Shown: positions 1 through 10,752, numbered from the stretch's first letter. The stretch: DNA of 53,654 nt from an uncultured Alphaproteobacteria bacterium (GCA_938034375.1 CALHLB010000081.1:1-53654), one strand, 5' to 3'. A program made the numbers and translations. Notes: generated from the letters alone by a model not told the origin.

Positions 1-137
1 GCCGCATCCGCCACTATCTCGCTCGTTTCCATAGAAAAACATTCTGCTATTCCAAAGCAATACATATGGTGCAAGCTACACTTATCGTCTTCTTTACCGA
101 TAACTGGAATGATTATCTATTTTAATGCACCAATGCC
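1..137 (+). mobile_element. 3' end of an IS1-family insertion sequence (transposase C-terminus plus right inverted repeat)
   Basis: Frame from nt 3 reads RIRHYLARFHRKTFCYSKAIHMV...YLF* (stop 123-125), the typical IS1 InsB C-terminal motif. It is followed by CAATGCC ending at 137 (GGCATTG on the minus strand), which fits the IS1 GGnnnTG terminus. Too short for the ORF track. Confidence 0.8.
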
Positions 138-302
138 GAAAATATTACACCATCAAAATCTGGATTCAAACACCTAGACTCATGAAAGCCATCTAAAATA
201 CTTGTTTTAGCCTCATTCCTCAAACAAAGAAAACGGAGGCAAAAGAATGCACCTTTCTTCTCCGTTTTCTAAGGCCCGCCGCTTGGGCATACTGTTATAA
301 AG

Positions 303-1310
303 TCAATTAGCAACTGATTTTAAATAGGCAATCACGTTTTGAACGTCTTCTTCTTTTTTCAATCCAGGAAAAGACATTCTATTACCCTTAATGAAAGCTC
401 TTGGCTTAGCGAGGAACTGGGCCAGGTTTTCTTCATTCCATCTTATATCAACCGCCTTAAAAGCTTTAGAATAATTAAACCCATCTATGCTGGCGGCTTT
501 ACGGCCAACAACACCCTTTAAATAAGGACCAACCTTGTTTTTAGCTTCTTCCGCCACGTGGCACGCGCGGCAAAGGCGAAATACCTTTTTTCCTGCAACT
601 GCATCGCCTGCATTCAAGCTATCTGATGTTGAGGCGACTTTTATCTCATCGACTTGTTGCTCCAGAGCAGCGCCTTTTGTCGCGTTATCTTGTTGCAAAT
701 CACCTTGCAAACTGGCAAACATGAGACGCAGGCTTACAGGTACTACACGCGTAATACCAGGCAGTTTGGCAAGTTTCACCAACTTATCAATCCCCTCATC
801 AATGCCCAAATCCTTTGTACCAACGACAATCATTTCATCGGTTGTTACAAGGACCTTTTCATCACTTAAACGGGCGATAAAAAGAGAAGCCTCAACTGCA
901 ACATCAACACCAGAAAGGGTTAAAACACCTTCAACATCTTTTACAACTGTGTCCCCCACCTCAAGCTTGGAAAGGGCCGTAGTATCAATCTTGGCTTTCA
1001 ATGTTGCTGTTGGTTGCGCTACATCAAAAACATGGGCAATCATCCGTTCATTACGAATATCAATATTTGTTTGAACAGAAGTCACATCAATATTGATGGT
1101 CACATTGCCATTTTCCAAAACCTCACCAGAAACCTTACCGAATGAGTTAACCTCACCCACAGTATTTTTTTTGATGGAAACATAAGATATTTTAGAAGTC
1201 TCACCATCCAGTTTCCAAATAGCTTTATCTGCCAGAGCGAGGCTTGAAAAGCTGAAAACCATAAGGAAAAAAGACAGTAAAAAACGACTTAAAATATTGA
1301 AATAAAACAT
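303..1310 (-). CDS. Secreted YceI-like domain / class I cytochrome c (c2-like) fusion protein
   Basis: Signal peptide; YceI-like WKLDGETSKISYVSIKK...IDIRNERM; linker; then GDAVAGKKVF-CRACH-NKVGPYL...RMSFPGLKK with a CxxCH heme motif and distal Met. Confidence 0.85.
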   Translation of the reverse strand: MFYFNILSRFLLSFFLMVFSFSSLALADKAIWKLDGETSKISYVSIKKNTVGEVNSFGKVSGEVLENGNVTINIDVTSVQTNIDIRNERMIAHVFDVAQPTATLKAKIDTTALSKLEVGDTVVKDVEGVLTLSGVDVAVEASLFIARLSDEKVLVTTDEMIVVGTKDLGIDEGIDKLVKLAKLPGITRVVPVSLRLMFASLQGDLQQDNATKGAALEQQVDEIKVASTSDSLNAGDAVAGKKVFRLCRACHVAEEAKNKVGPYLKGVVGRKAASIDGFNYSKAFKAVDIRWNEENLAQFLAKPRAFIKGNRMSFPGLKKEEDVQNVIAYLKSVAN

Positions 1311-1500
1311 AGTTCATAATCTCCGATTAATTTTTCTTCATAAAACGTTAAATAAATTTTTACACTTTAAAATAGAATAATCGATCAATAGCAAGTAACG
1401 CCAGATGACATTTTTGAGAGTATGAGAAAGATTTCAAGTTCTTCTTATATGAAAACAGCACCACTATGGGCGCTGCCGTCAATTTCATTCTTTTAAGAAA

Positions 1501-3177
1501 TTACATATTCGGATAATTTGGACCGCCTGCCCCTTCTGGAACAGTCCAGTTAATGTTCTGGTTCGGATCTTTAATGTCGCATGTTTTACAATGTACGCAG
1601 TTTTGTGAATTAATCACAAATTTGGGTTCACTGCCATCATCTTCGCTCATCCACTCATAAACGCCGGCAGGGCAATAACGGTTGGATGGACCTTGAAACA
1701 CCTTCCATTCAGAAGAAAGCTGCAAATCTTCATCTTTCAACTTCAAATGAATGGGCTGATCTTCTTCATGGTTCGTTGCAGAAAGAAAAACGGATGATAG
1801 GCGATCAAAAGAAATTTTTCCATCCGGTTTAGGGTAAGAAATTTTCTTGCAAGAATCAGCAGGCTTTAGCGCCTCAAAGTCAGCCTTGCCATGTTTCTGT
1901 GTACCAAAAAATGAAAAGCCAAACAATTCATTCGTCCACATATCAAGTCCACCAAGTGCAATACCGATGTAAAGACCATATTTACTCCATAAAGGTTTAA
2001 CATTGCGAACCTTATAGAGATCTTTGCCAATATCACTGGAGCGCCATTCATCTTCATAGGCAGACAATTCATCTTGCGCGCGCCCTTGCTCAAGCGCTTC
2101 ATAAGTTTTTTCAGCCGCCAACATGCCTGATAACATGGCATTATGAGACCCTTTAATACGCGGTACATTCACAAAGCCGGCAGAGCAACCAATCAAAACA
2201 CCACCAGGGAAAGCAAGCTTTGGAACGGATTGATAACCACCCTCTGTAATAGCCCGCGCCCCGTAAGAAATGCGCTTACCGCCTTCAAAAACATCCCGAA
2301 TAGATGGGTGCGTTTTGAAGCGTTGAAATTCCTCAAACGGAGAAAGCCACGGATTTTCATAATTTAGATGCGTAACAAAACCAACAGCCACCTGATTGTC
2401 TTCAAGGTGATAAAGGAAAGATCCTCCACCAGCCTGATTGCCCAACGGCCAGCCAAAGGAATGTCGTACCAAACCCTGTTTGTGCTTTTCAGGGGCGACT
2501 TGCCAAAGTTCTTTGATACCAATACCAAATTTCGTAGGTTCCCGCCCCTCACTTAAACCAAATTTTCCAATAATTTTCTTGGAAAGAGAGCCGCGCACCC
2601 CCTCACCCAAAAAGACATATTTACCCAGAAGCGCCATGCCGCGCTCAAAACCTGGCTTTGGTTTACCATCGCGGCCAATACCCATATCGCCCGTTGCAAC
2701 ACCTATAACACGATCTTGATCATCATAAAGAATTTCAGCCGCAGCAAAACCAGGGAAAATTTCAACGCCAAGAGCTTCAGCTTTTTCTGCCAACCAACGG
2801 CAGACATTTCCAAGCGAAACAACAAAATTGCCATGATTGTTCATTAACTTAGGCAACATGAAATTGGGAATACGCAAAGACCCAGCAGGGCCTAAAAACA
2901 GGAACTGGTCATCTTTTACAGGCGTTTTAAAAGGTGTGTCTTTTTCTTTGCGCCATTCAGGTAAAAGCCTGTCAACAGCAATTGGGTCAATAACAGCACC
3001 AGAAACGATATGCGCCCCAACTTCTGAGCCTTTTTCAATAACCACAACACTTAAATCTTCATTAAGCTGTTTTAATCGAATAGCAGCCGCAAGGCCGGCA
3101 GGACCAGCACCAACGATGACAACATCAAAATCCATGCTTTCGCGTTCTGGCATCACCTGTTCATTTTCGTTTGCCAT
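1501..3177 (-). CDS. Electron transfer flavoprotein-ubiquinone oxidoreductase (ETF-QO)
   Basis: DVVIVGAGPAGL FAD motif; C-terminal CPAGVYE and NCVHCKTCDIKDP 4Fe-4S motif. Confidence 0.97.
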   Translation of the reverse strand: MANENEQVMPERESMDFDVVIVGAGPAGLAAAIRLKQLNEDLSVVVIEKGSEVGAHIVSGAVIDPIAVDRLLPEWRKEKDTPFKTPVKDDQFLFLGPAGSLRIPNFMLPKLMNNHGNFVVSLGNVCRWLAEKAEALGVEIFPGFAAAEILYDDQDRVIGVATGDMGIGRDGKPKPGFERGMALLGKYVFLGEGVRGSLSKKIIGKFGLSEGREPTKFGIGIKELWQVAPEKHKQGLVRHSFGWPLGNQAGGGSFLYHLEDNQVAVGFVTHLNYENPWLSPFEEFQRFKTHPSIRDVFEGGKRISYGARAITEGGYQSVPKLAFPGGVLIGCSAGFVNVPRIKGSHNAMLSGMLAAEKTYEALEQGRAQDELSAYEDEWRSSDIGKDLYKVRNVKPLWSKYGLYIGIALGGLDMWTNELFGFSFFGTQKHGKADFEALKPADSCKKISYPKPDGKISFDRLSSVFLSATNHEEDQPIHLKLKDEDLQLSSEWKVFQGPSNRYCPAGVYEWMSEDDGSEPKFVINSQNCVHCKTCDIKDPNQNINWTVPEGAGGPNYPNM

Positions 3178-3400
3178 TATGGCACCCCTTCCATCTTTTA
3201 ATTGCCCAACTTCGTATAATAGCCTAGAAAGCTATGACTAGAAGCGCTTTTACTTAAAAAGGAATAGCCTTAAAGTCAAAGCGTTTATGCTTTAGATGCT
3301 TCTCTTTAGCCATAATTTTATGGTCATGATAGTATCAATAAAAAGCAATCAAAAATTAATTTGGCCCCATAGCCATAGGGAAGTTTGTGTTTGAGTAAAG

Positions 3401-4270
3401 ATGAAAACTGTTCAGGAATTTGAAGCATTAATTGAATTTTATGCCGCCAACGACCTTGATTATGCCTTGGATGAAAATCCACATAACAGGTTTGAAGAAG
3501 TGCGACAAAAACGTGCTGTAAGGCTACAACAACAAACAAGCCTGCCTGCTGCCCAACAAATACTCACTCCCCCAACAAACACCTCTGGTGCGTTACAAAG
3601 ATCACCTTCTTCAAAAGCGGCCCCTCTTATTGCGCCCACCTCTCCCCCTCAGGTTCTACCTGATGCAGCAACAATGCAAGATGCACGAAAACTTGCTGAA
3701 AGCGCCAAGAACCTGGAAGAGTTAAAAGAACTTCTTTCACATTTCGAAGGGTGCAATTTAAAACGAACCGCCAAAAATCTCGTTTTTGGCGATGGCAGCC
3801 CAAATGCCAAAATCATGTTTATAGGAGAAGCGCCAGGACGTGATGAAGATATAAATGGCCTTCCTTTTGTTGGAAGGTCTGGCCTGTTGCTTGATAAGAT
3901 GCTCGCTGCTATTGGTCTTTTGCGCGCTCGCGATGTTTATATCGCTAATTCAGTCCCGTGGCGCCCTCCCGGCAATCGTACCCCCACACCCCTTGAAAGC
4001 GAATTATGCCGTCCCTTTATTGAACGACAAATTACGCTTGTTAAACCCAAAATTTTGGTACCACTTGGCGCGCCAGCTACGCGCCAATTATTAAAGACCA
4101 AAGAAGGCATCATGAAAATGCGCGGTAAAATAATAAATTATCAATTAGGGGATGTGAAAATCAAAGCCATCGCAACATTGCATCCAGCCTATCTATTGCG
4201 TCAACCAGCGCAAAAACGCCTTGTCTGGCAAGATTTGTTAAAAATCAAGAATCTTTTAAAAGACATATAA
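3401..4270 (+). CDS. Uracil-DNA glycosylase family 4
   Basis: GEAPGRDED, PFVGRSG, RPPGNRTP and HPAYLLR motifs; Pro-rich N-terminal extension. Confidence 0.93.
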   Translation: MKTVQEFEALIEFYAANDLDYALDENPHNRFEEVRQKRAVRLQQQTSLPAAQQILTPPTNTSGALQRSPSSKAAPLIAPTSPPQVLPDAATMQDARKLAESAKNLEELKELLSHFEGCNLKRTAKNLVFGDGSPNAKIMFIGEAPGRDEDINGLPFVGRSGLLLDKMLAAIGLLRARDVYIANSVPWRPPGNRTPTPLESELCRPFIERQITLVKPKILVPLGAPATRQLLKTKEGIMKMRGKIINYQLGDVKIKAIATLHPAYLLRQPAQKRLVWQDLLKIKNLLKDI

Positions 4271-4299
4271 AGCGAACAATAAAAGCACGAACAAGTTTT

Positions 4300-5433
4300 A
4301 TGATGAAGCACCTATCCTTGCTCAAAAAAATATGCACCGTTTTTGCAGTCTCCATCATTTTTTTGGCGTCACCTGCGCTTGCAGAAATAAGAATAGGCGT
4401 TGCCCTTCCTCTAAGCGGCCTTTATGCTCCTTTAAGCCAACAAATTATAAATGGTGCAAAATTAGCACTAGAAAAAACAAATATATCCAGCGGTGCATTA
4501 AATGAAAAAATCAGCTTGGTTATACTTGATGATAAATGCAGCGCCCAAGAAGCAAAAGAAATTGCAAATCAACTCGTTGGGCAAAAAGTTATTGCCGTTA
4601 TAGGCCACCTTTGTGATAGATCCAGCATTGAAGCATCTGAAATTTATGCAAAAAATAAGATTATACAAATCTCACCAGCAAGCCAAAATGCCGCCCTCAC
4701 AACGAATCGGCCAAACCCGAAAGGCGGCACCTATCGCTTGGCACCGCGCAATGAACAGCAAGCCACAGCCATAATCGACTTTCTAACAAACCAGAAAAAC
4801 AAACCTTCCATCGCGCTTATTTACGATGGCACAGCTTATGGGAATGCTTTTAAAGCAAATCTGGAAAAAAAATTCACCGAAAAGCCAATCTTTAAAGAAC
4901 GCCTTGATATCGGCAAACCAAATTACGACCAACTCGCAAACAGGCTTGCTGATTCTGGCGCGACACACATCATCATCGCGGCCCTTCACCTTGATGCTAC
5001 AAGATTAATTCGTGGGTTAGATAAAGTAGAAAGCAATGCAATTATTCTAGGTGGTGAGGCTTGGGTCCAAAAAGATTTCCCGGCTTTAATCCTGGAAGGA
5101 AATAACAATCGCCAGACATTGGATCAAATCTATATCAGCTTCCCTCCCGATGATAGAAAAAGGCCAGAAGCAAAAAACATCGTTCAAGAATTCCAACAAA
5201 AAAATATCCGACCATCTGGCCTTACTTTGCGCGGGTATACTGCTTTAAAAATTCTGTCTGAAGCCTTAGGCAAAGCTAAAACAAAAGAATATGATGCCCT
5301 AATTCAAATCTTGAATTCGGAAACGTTTCAAACACCTTTGGGAACAATCAACTTCAATAATATTGGCGATGCCTCCCTTAAAGGTTACGAGCTTCATCAA
5401 TGGAATGGCAAGACCTTAGAACCCTTACAATAA
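4300..5433 (+). CDS. Branched-chain amino acid ABC transporter substrate-binding protein (LivJ/K-like)
   Basis: Signal peptide; IGVALPLSG, DDKCS, VIGHLC, FQTPLGTINF. Confidence 0.85.
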   Translation: MMKHLSLLKKICTVFAVSIIFLASPALAEIRIGVALPLSGLYAPLSQQIINGAKLALEKTNISSGALNEKISLVILDDKCSAQEAKEIANQLVGQKVIAVIGHLCDRSSIEASEIYAKNKIIQISPASQNAALTTNRPNPKGGTYRLAPRNEQQATAIIDFLTNQKNKPSIALIYDGTAYGNAFKANLEKKFTEKPIFKERLDIGKPNYDQLANRLADSGATHIIIAALHLDATRLIRGLDKVESNAIILGGEAWVQKDFPALILEGNNNRQTLDQIYISFPPDDRKRPEAKNIVQEFQQKNIRPSGLTLRGYTALKILSEALGKAKTKEYDALIQILNSETFQTPLGTINFNNIGDASLKGYELHQWNGKTLEPLQ

Positions 5434-5449
5434 TGATAATTTCTGACCC

Positions 5450-5503
5450 TATAGCCAAACTCGTATAAAATGATAACGGATTTTGGCTATATTCTTTTGT
5501 TTT
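5450..5503 (+). terminator. Probable intrinsic terminator
   Basis: TATAGCCAAA...TTTGGCTATA inverted repeat followed by a T-rich tract. Confidence 0.5.
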
Positions 5504-5623
5504 CGCTCATCTTTTCTTTTAAGCTGAGGATCATTTTAAAAGGATTCCCCAATAGCCATTGAGGAAAGGAAGATTTATAGTTATAGGCATCAACAGATAT
5601 ATTTGTAAATCAAGGCGCACCGC

Positions 5624-6298
5624 ATGACATCTCCTATTTTAATTGCACCTTCTATTTTAGCTGCTGATTTTGCAAATTTAGGGGAGGAAGTTCGTGCCAT
5701 TTGTGAAGGTGGCGCCGACTGGGTTCATGTAGATATTATGGATGGTCATTTTGTCCCCAATATTTCATTTGGTCCTATTGTTTTAAATGCTATTCGCCCT
5801 GTCACAGATAAAGTCATGGATGTTCATCTGATGATTTCTCCCGTTGACATTTATGTCGATGACTTTGCTAAGGCCGGCGCAGACACGATCACCATTCACG
5901 CTGAAGCTGGACCCCATGCACACCGCACCCTACAGAAGATAAAGGCCCTCGGCAAAAAAGCAGGAATCGTTCTAAATCCAGCAACCCCTGCAAGTGTTGT
6001 TGACCCCCTACTCGATGACATCGATATTATCCTTGTCATGACGGTAAACCCCGGTTTTGGGGGGCAAAAATTTATCACCACCATGGAACCAAAAATTGCT
6101 CAATTACGCGCAATGATCGGCAATCGAAATATCGATTTGGAAATTGATGGCGGCGTTACAGTTGAAACCGCACCTATTTGCGCGCGTGCGGGTGCGAATG
6201 TTTTAGTTGCTGGTTCTGCTGTTTTCAAAGGCGATGATTATGCAGCAAATATCAAAGCCATACGTGAGGCGGCAGAACAAGCAGCCAATGCCCGCTAA
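5624..6298 (+). CDS. rpe: Ribulose-phosphate 3-epimerase
   Basis: [39 protein letters not shown]. Confidence 0.98.
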   Translation: MTSPILIAPSILAADFANLGEEVRAICEGGADWVHVDIMDGHFVPNISFGPIVLNAIRPVTDKVMDVHLMISPVDIYVDDFAKAGADTITIHAEAGPHAHRTLQKIKALGKKAGIVLNPATPASVVDPLLDDIDIILVMTVNPGFGGQKFITTMEPKIAQLRAMIGNRNIDLEIDGGVTVETAPICARAGANVLVAGSAVFKGDDYAANIKAIREAAEQAANAR

Positions 6299-6776
6299 AA
6301 AATATATATTAAGAAAACGTTTTATTCTTTTTGCCTTTTTCTGGGCTGGCTTAACCGGGTTTTCTTTCACCCTCAATGCTCTTTTCTGGCATAAATTATT
6401 CGATGAAAAGCTTCTTCTTCTTATAGGCTTCACTATTTGCGCTGCTTTCATCGCAGCCCCTATCGCTTCTTATATAGAGAATATTTTCACAAAAACACGG
6501 CCACTCACAGCACGCTTTGCAGCCATTTATTTTCTCCTTGCTGTTGTGACATCTGGTGCGATTTATCTTTCAAGTCTTTTTTATGCGATAAGCTTTACTA
6601 GCGATTCACTTGGAAGCGCATTTCACTTAACCACAATAAAAAAATACCTTTTGTTTTCCTTAGCTCACGGCTACGCCTTTGCCGCCTCTACGGCCCGTTT
6701 GTTTTTGCCCATAGGCGTTTTATCTCTCGCTGCAGGTGCGTTTTTTCACTGCATTATAACCTCAAAAGACGATTGA
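6288..6776 (+). CDS. Hypothetical multi-pass membrane protein
   Basis: About 4 hydrophobic segments; ATG at 6288 overlaps the rpe 3' end; fills the rpe-purB gap. Confidence 0.65.
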   Translation: MPAKKYILRKRFILFAFFWAGLTGFSFTLNALFWHKLFDEKLLLLIGFTICAAFIAAPIASYIENIFTKTRPLTARFAAIYFLLAVVTSGAIYLSSLFYAISFTSDSLGSAFHLTTIKKYLLFSLAHGYAFAASTARLFLPIGVLSLAAGAFFHCIITSKDD

Positions 6777-6845
6777 ACATTTGCACTTGATCGCACGCTT
6801 TGCTAAAGCCCGTAGCAATACATTATAAAGACAAGGAACATCCCT

Positions 6846-8153
6846 ATGATTCCCCGTTATGCACGCGATGAAATGGTTGCCATCTGGAGCCCTGAAACAA
6901 AATTCCGCATTTGGTTTGAAATCGAAGCTCACGCCTGTGATGCTTTGGCAAAATGTGGAGTAATACCGGAAAGTGCCGCTAAAACCATCTGGGAAAAAGG
7001 AGGCAAAGCCACCTTTGATATTGCACGCATTGATGAAATCGAGCGGGAAACCAAACATGATGTGATTGCCTTTCTTACCCATCTGGCAGAAATCGTTGGA
7101 GAGGATGCCAGATTCGTTCACCAAGGCATGACATCTTCTGATGTCCTCGACACTTGTCTAAACGTTCAGCTCATGCGTGCTGCCGATATTTTAATAGCTG
7201 ATATTGAAAAACTTTTGGAAGCCCTAAAACGCCGCGCTTATGAGCATAAGGATACCATCACCATTGGTCGCTCCCACGGCATTCATGCAGAGCCTGTTAC
7301 ATTTGGCCTGAAAATGGCACAAGCTTATGCCGAGTTTGACAGAAACTTGAGCCGCCTAAAAGCTGCACGAGAAGAAATTGCCACTTGTGCTATTTCTGGT
7401 GCTGTTGGCACCTTTGCCAATATCGATCCTTCTATTGAAGAGCATGTAGCCCAAGCCATGGGCTTAAAAGCCGAACCTGTTTCAACACAGGTAATCCCGC
7501 GTGACAGACACGCCATGTTTTTTGCGACCTTAGGTGTCATTGCTTCTTCCATCGAACGATTGGCAACGGAAGTACGGCATTTACAGCGCACCGAGGTTTT
7601 GGAGGCTGAAGAATTTTTCTCTAAGGGACAAAAAGGCTCATCTGCCATGCCCCATAAGCGCAACCCTGTATTAACAGAAAACCTTACAGGTCTTGCCCGT
7701 TTAGTGCGCGGCATGGCCCTTCCCGCCATGGAAAACGTTGCTTTATGGCATGAACGCGATATTTCCCACTCATCTGTTGAACGCATGATTGGCCCTGATG
7801 CCACCATTACACTGGACTTTGCCCTTGCTCGCTTAACAGGCGTGATGGACAAACTTGTTGTTTATCCTGAAAATATGCTAAACAACATGAATAAGTTCAA
7901 AGGATTGGTGCATTCTCAACGGGTTCTTTTAGCGCTTACACAAGCGGGTTTAAGTCGTGAAGATTCCTATCGCCTCGTTCAAAGAAACGCCATGAAAGTT
8001 TGGGAACAGGGTAAGGACTTTTTGGAAGAATTATTAAACGATGAAGAGGTTTGTGCAGCTTTAAGCAAGCAAGAAATTGAAGAGAAATTCGACCTTGCCT
8101 ATCATACAAAACACGTTGATACGATTTTCAACCGTGTTTTTAAAAACAATTAA
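6846..8153 (+). CDS. purB: Adenylosuccinate lyase
   Basis: MIPRY start, GRSHGIHAEP, GSSAMPHKRNP signature. Confidence 0.98.
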   Translation: MIPRYARDEMVAIWSPETKFRIWFEIEAHACDALAKCGVIPESAAKTIWEKGGKATFDIARIDEIERETKHDVIAFLTHLAEIVGEDARFVHQGMTSSDVLDTCLNVQLMRAADILIADIEKLLEALKRRAYEHKDTITIGRSHGIHAEPVTFGLKMAQAYAEFDRNLSRLKAAREEIATCAISGAVGTFANIDPSIEEHVAQAMGLKAEPVSTQVIPRDRHAMFFATLGVIASSIERLATEVRHLQRTEVLEAEEFFSKGQKGSSAMPHKRNPVLTENLTGLARLVRGMALPAMENVALWHERDISHSSVERMIGPDATITLDFALARLTGVMDKLVVYPENMLNNMNKFKGLVHSQRVLLALTQAGLSREDSYRLVQRNAMKVWEQGKDFLEELLNDEEVCAALSKQEIEEKFDLAYHTKHVDTIFNRVFKNN

Positions 8154-8159
8154 AAAGCC

Positions 8160-8711
8160 ATGAAAACATCTGAAGCCGATATTTTAATTGTTCCAGGCCT
8201 TGGAGGTGGTAATAACAATTATTGGTATGCCCGTTGGGAAACAAAATTAAAGACGGCCCGTTTGATTGAACAGAAAGACTGGCAAAAGCCCCGCCTTTCA
8301 GATTGGGCAGACACAATTATTCAAACTGTCGAACAGGCAGAACGTTCCGTTGTGCTGGTTGCTCATTCATTAGGCGTTGTAGCCAGCATTCATGCCAGTG
8401 AAAATTTTCCCCATCAAAAAGTAGCAGGCGGCTATTTTGTTGCCTTGCCAGATATGGGAAAGCTAGCAGATACTCTGCCAGAAACAGCTACTTTTAAAAA
8501 TCTGCCTGAGGCGCCCCTCACATTCCCCTCTATTCTAGTCGCCAGTCAAACAGATCCTTATTGCGATTTTTCTCATGCAGAAAACATGTCTTACAGTTGG
8601 GGATCAAAACTGGAAAATGCAGGCGATTGTGGTCATATAAATGCGGAAAGTGGTCAAGGCCCTTGGCCAGAAGGTTTACTAAGCTTTGCTAATTTTATGG
8701 CACAACTTTAA
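8160..8711 (+). CDS. RBBP9/YdeN family alpha/beta hydrolase
   Basis: IVPGLGG, AHSLG nucleophile motif, SQTDPY, GHINAESG. Confidence 0.9.
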   Translation: MKTSEADILIVPGLGGGNNNYWYARWETKLKTARLIEQKDWQKPRLSDWADTIIQTVEQAERSVVLVAHSLGVVASIHASENFPHQKVAGGYFVALPDMGKLADTLPETATFKNLPEAPLTFPSILVASQTDPYCDFSHAENMSYSWGSKLENAGDCGHINAESGQGPWPEGLLSFANFMAQL

Positions 8712-9199
8712 AATTCAACAAATAAACAGCGATTCTTTTGAAATCATTTCAAAATCATCCGACCTAACCAGACCTGATTCTCTATACAAAACGTCAAAAT
8801 AAACAGAAAATCTGTAAGAGTATTATTTGCAACGCCAAAAAATCGTATCTTTTTTGCAACAAAAATATAGAACAACAAAACTTATGGTCAAAAAGCAAAA
8901 CGAAAATTCTGTTACAAAACTTTATAACCAAGCATTTCTCTAGTGCAAAACCATAATCATTCACCTGAATGTTGCTAGAAAAACACATAAAAGCTCCAAA
9001 AAATCTGATTCTTTTAGTGCTTTATTAAACTTTAAAAACATTAAGCCAGACCGAACTTAGGTGCAAAGATGTCACACTTTTCAAAGAAGCGATTTTAGGT
9101 GGTTTACTTATCGTCACAAATATGGCGAATTGCATTTGTCCGGAATGCGTAAAGGCACTCCAATAACGACTAATTAAACTATTTGTCCGGAGACAAACT

Positions 9200-10492
9200 A
9201 TGACAATCAAAACAACCACAAAAGCGCTCCTGGGTACAGCAGTGTCTTTTGCACTTCTCGGTTCTGTTGCAAACGCAGCTGATCTTGACAACTTGTCTGA
9301 TAACGACCTTCTAGAGCGTATTGAGCGTCTTGAAGCAATTATCGGCCCTGGTGACAAATACGCTGTTCGTTCAGGCAACAACAAAGTTCGCATCTCTCTA
9401 AGTGGTCAAGTTAACGTTCTTGCTCTTGGTTTTGCTGATGGCGAAAATGCTGGCCTTTCCGTTGCAGACAATACAAACTCAGGTACACGTTTCCGTATCT
9501 TGGGTGAAGCTAAAATCAATGAATCATGGTCTGCTGCTACTGAATTAGAATTCCAAGCAAACGATCGCGGTTCATTTGTTATTAGCCAAAACAACCGTAA
9601 CCCTCTAGGTTCAACAGCTGGTGCATTTGGTACTCGCCTAGCAAACCTTTCTTTCAAGCATAAAGATTTCGGTCGTGTCCGCATCGGTCAACAACACACA
9701 GCATCTGAAGGCACTTCAGAAGTTGATCTTTCAGGCACTGGTGTTGCATCTTACTCATCAGTAACTGATATTGGTGCCGGTCTTGAGTTTGTTAACTCAA
9801 CAACAGACGCCCTTTCAGGTTTCACTGTTGGAAATGTATTCACAAACCTTGATGGCGCTGGCCGTGATGACGCAATCCGTTATGACACACCAACTATCGC
9901 TGGTTTCACACTAGCTACATCATATATCTCAGATGATTCTAATCCAGGTTTTGACGTTTCACTTAAATATAGAAACAAAGACTTTGCTGGTTTTGGTATT
10001 TCTGCTGCTGTTGCTTATTTAGACCAAGATACTTCAACAGGTGGTGATAACCGCGTAAACGGTTCTGTTTCCGTAATTCACTTAGCATCAGGCATCAACG
10101 CAACATTCGCGGCTGGTGATGACAATGATGATGGCCAGTTCCTATATGGTAAACTAGGTATCATTACTGAGTTGAATTCACTTGGTAAAACAGCATTCTC
10201 TGGTGATGTGAACTACTCAACAAACGTTGGTAATGGCACAAATAACTTCCAAGCAGCTTCTTTGAATACCACAACAGGTGTTATTACTGCTCCAACTGCA
10301 GCGACTATTGAACTTTCAGATACCGAAGCATTAAACTTTGGTTTCCAAGCTGTTCAAAACATCGATGCTGCAGCAGCTCAAGTTTACGTTGGTTACAAAT
10401 ACTTTGACCTTGATGCAGACAATTCATTGGGTGCAAATGTAGACTTTGAAAACGTTCACGTATTTTATGCGGGTAGCCGCATCAAGTTCTAA
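9200..10492 (+). CDS. Outer-membrane porin (gram-negative porin family)
   Basis: Signal peptide, LSGQVN, FGRVRIGQ, IRYDTP, C-terminal Phe; codon usage typical of highly expressed genes. Confidence 0.88.
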   Translation: MTIKTTTKALLGTAVSFALLGSVANAADLDNLSDNDLLERIERLEAIIGPGDKYAVRSGNNKVRISLSGQVNVLALGFADGENAGLSVADNTNSGTRFRILGEAKINESWSAATELEFQANDRGSFVISQNNRNPLGSTAGAFGTRLANLSFKHKDFGRVRIGQQHTASEGTSEVDLSGTGVASYSSVTDIGAGLEFVNSTTDALSGFTVGNVFTNLDGAGRDDAIRYDTPTIAGFTLATSYISDDSNPGFDVSLKYRNKDFAGFGISAAVAYLDQDTSTGGDNRVNGSVSVIHLASGINATFAAGDDNDDGQFLYGKLGIITELNSLGKTAFSGDVNYSTNVGNGTNNFQAASLNTTTGVITAPTAATIELSDTEALNFGFQAVQNIDAAAAQVYVGYKYFDLDADNSLGANVDFENVHVFYAGSRIKF

Positions 10493-10501
10493 TCTTCCGA
10501 T

Positions 10502-10708
10502 ATGGAGTTAGACATCGTGAAATGCACAAGTAAAAAATCAGGGGTGGCGCTTTTAAAAGCGCTGCCTTTTATTGCGTTAGTTATTCTTTCAGGCTGTAGT
10601 AACAGCGACCCTATTGATATCGATTCATTAGCGGTACCAGGTGAAATTCCACCAGGGCCCGGCATTATCGAAACCCAGACAGGTAAAAAACTGGAAGTGA
10701 CGTTTTAA
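10502..10708 (+). CDS. Small putative lipoprotein
   Basis: Basic N-terminus, hydrophobic stretch and lipobox LSGC; lies between the porin stop and a terminator; start could be the GTG at about 10517. Confidence 0.65.
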   Translation: MELDIVKCTSKKSGVALLKALPFIALVILSGCSNSDPIDIDSLAVPGEIPPGPGIIETQTGKKLEVTF

Positions 10709-10709
10709 A

Positions 10710-10752
10710 AAATAAAACACCCGACAATTAAATTGCCGGGTGTTTATTTTTC
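10710..10752. terminator. Bidirectional intrinsic terminator
   Basis: AAACACCCG-ACAATTAAATTGC-CGGGTGTTT with A/T tracts on both sides, between convergent genes. Confidence 0.85.
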
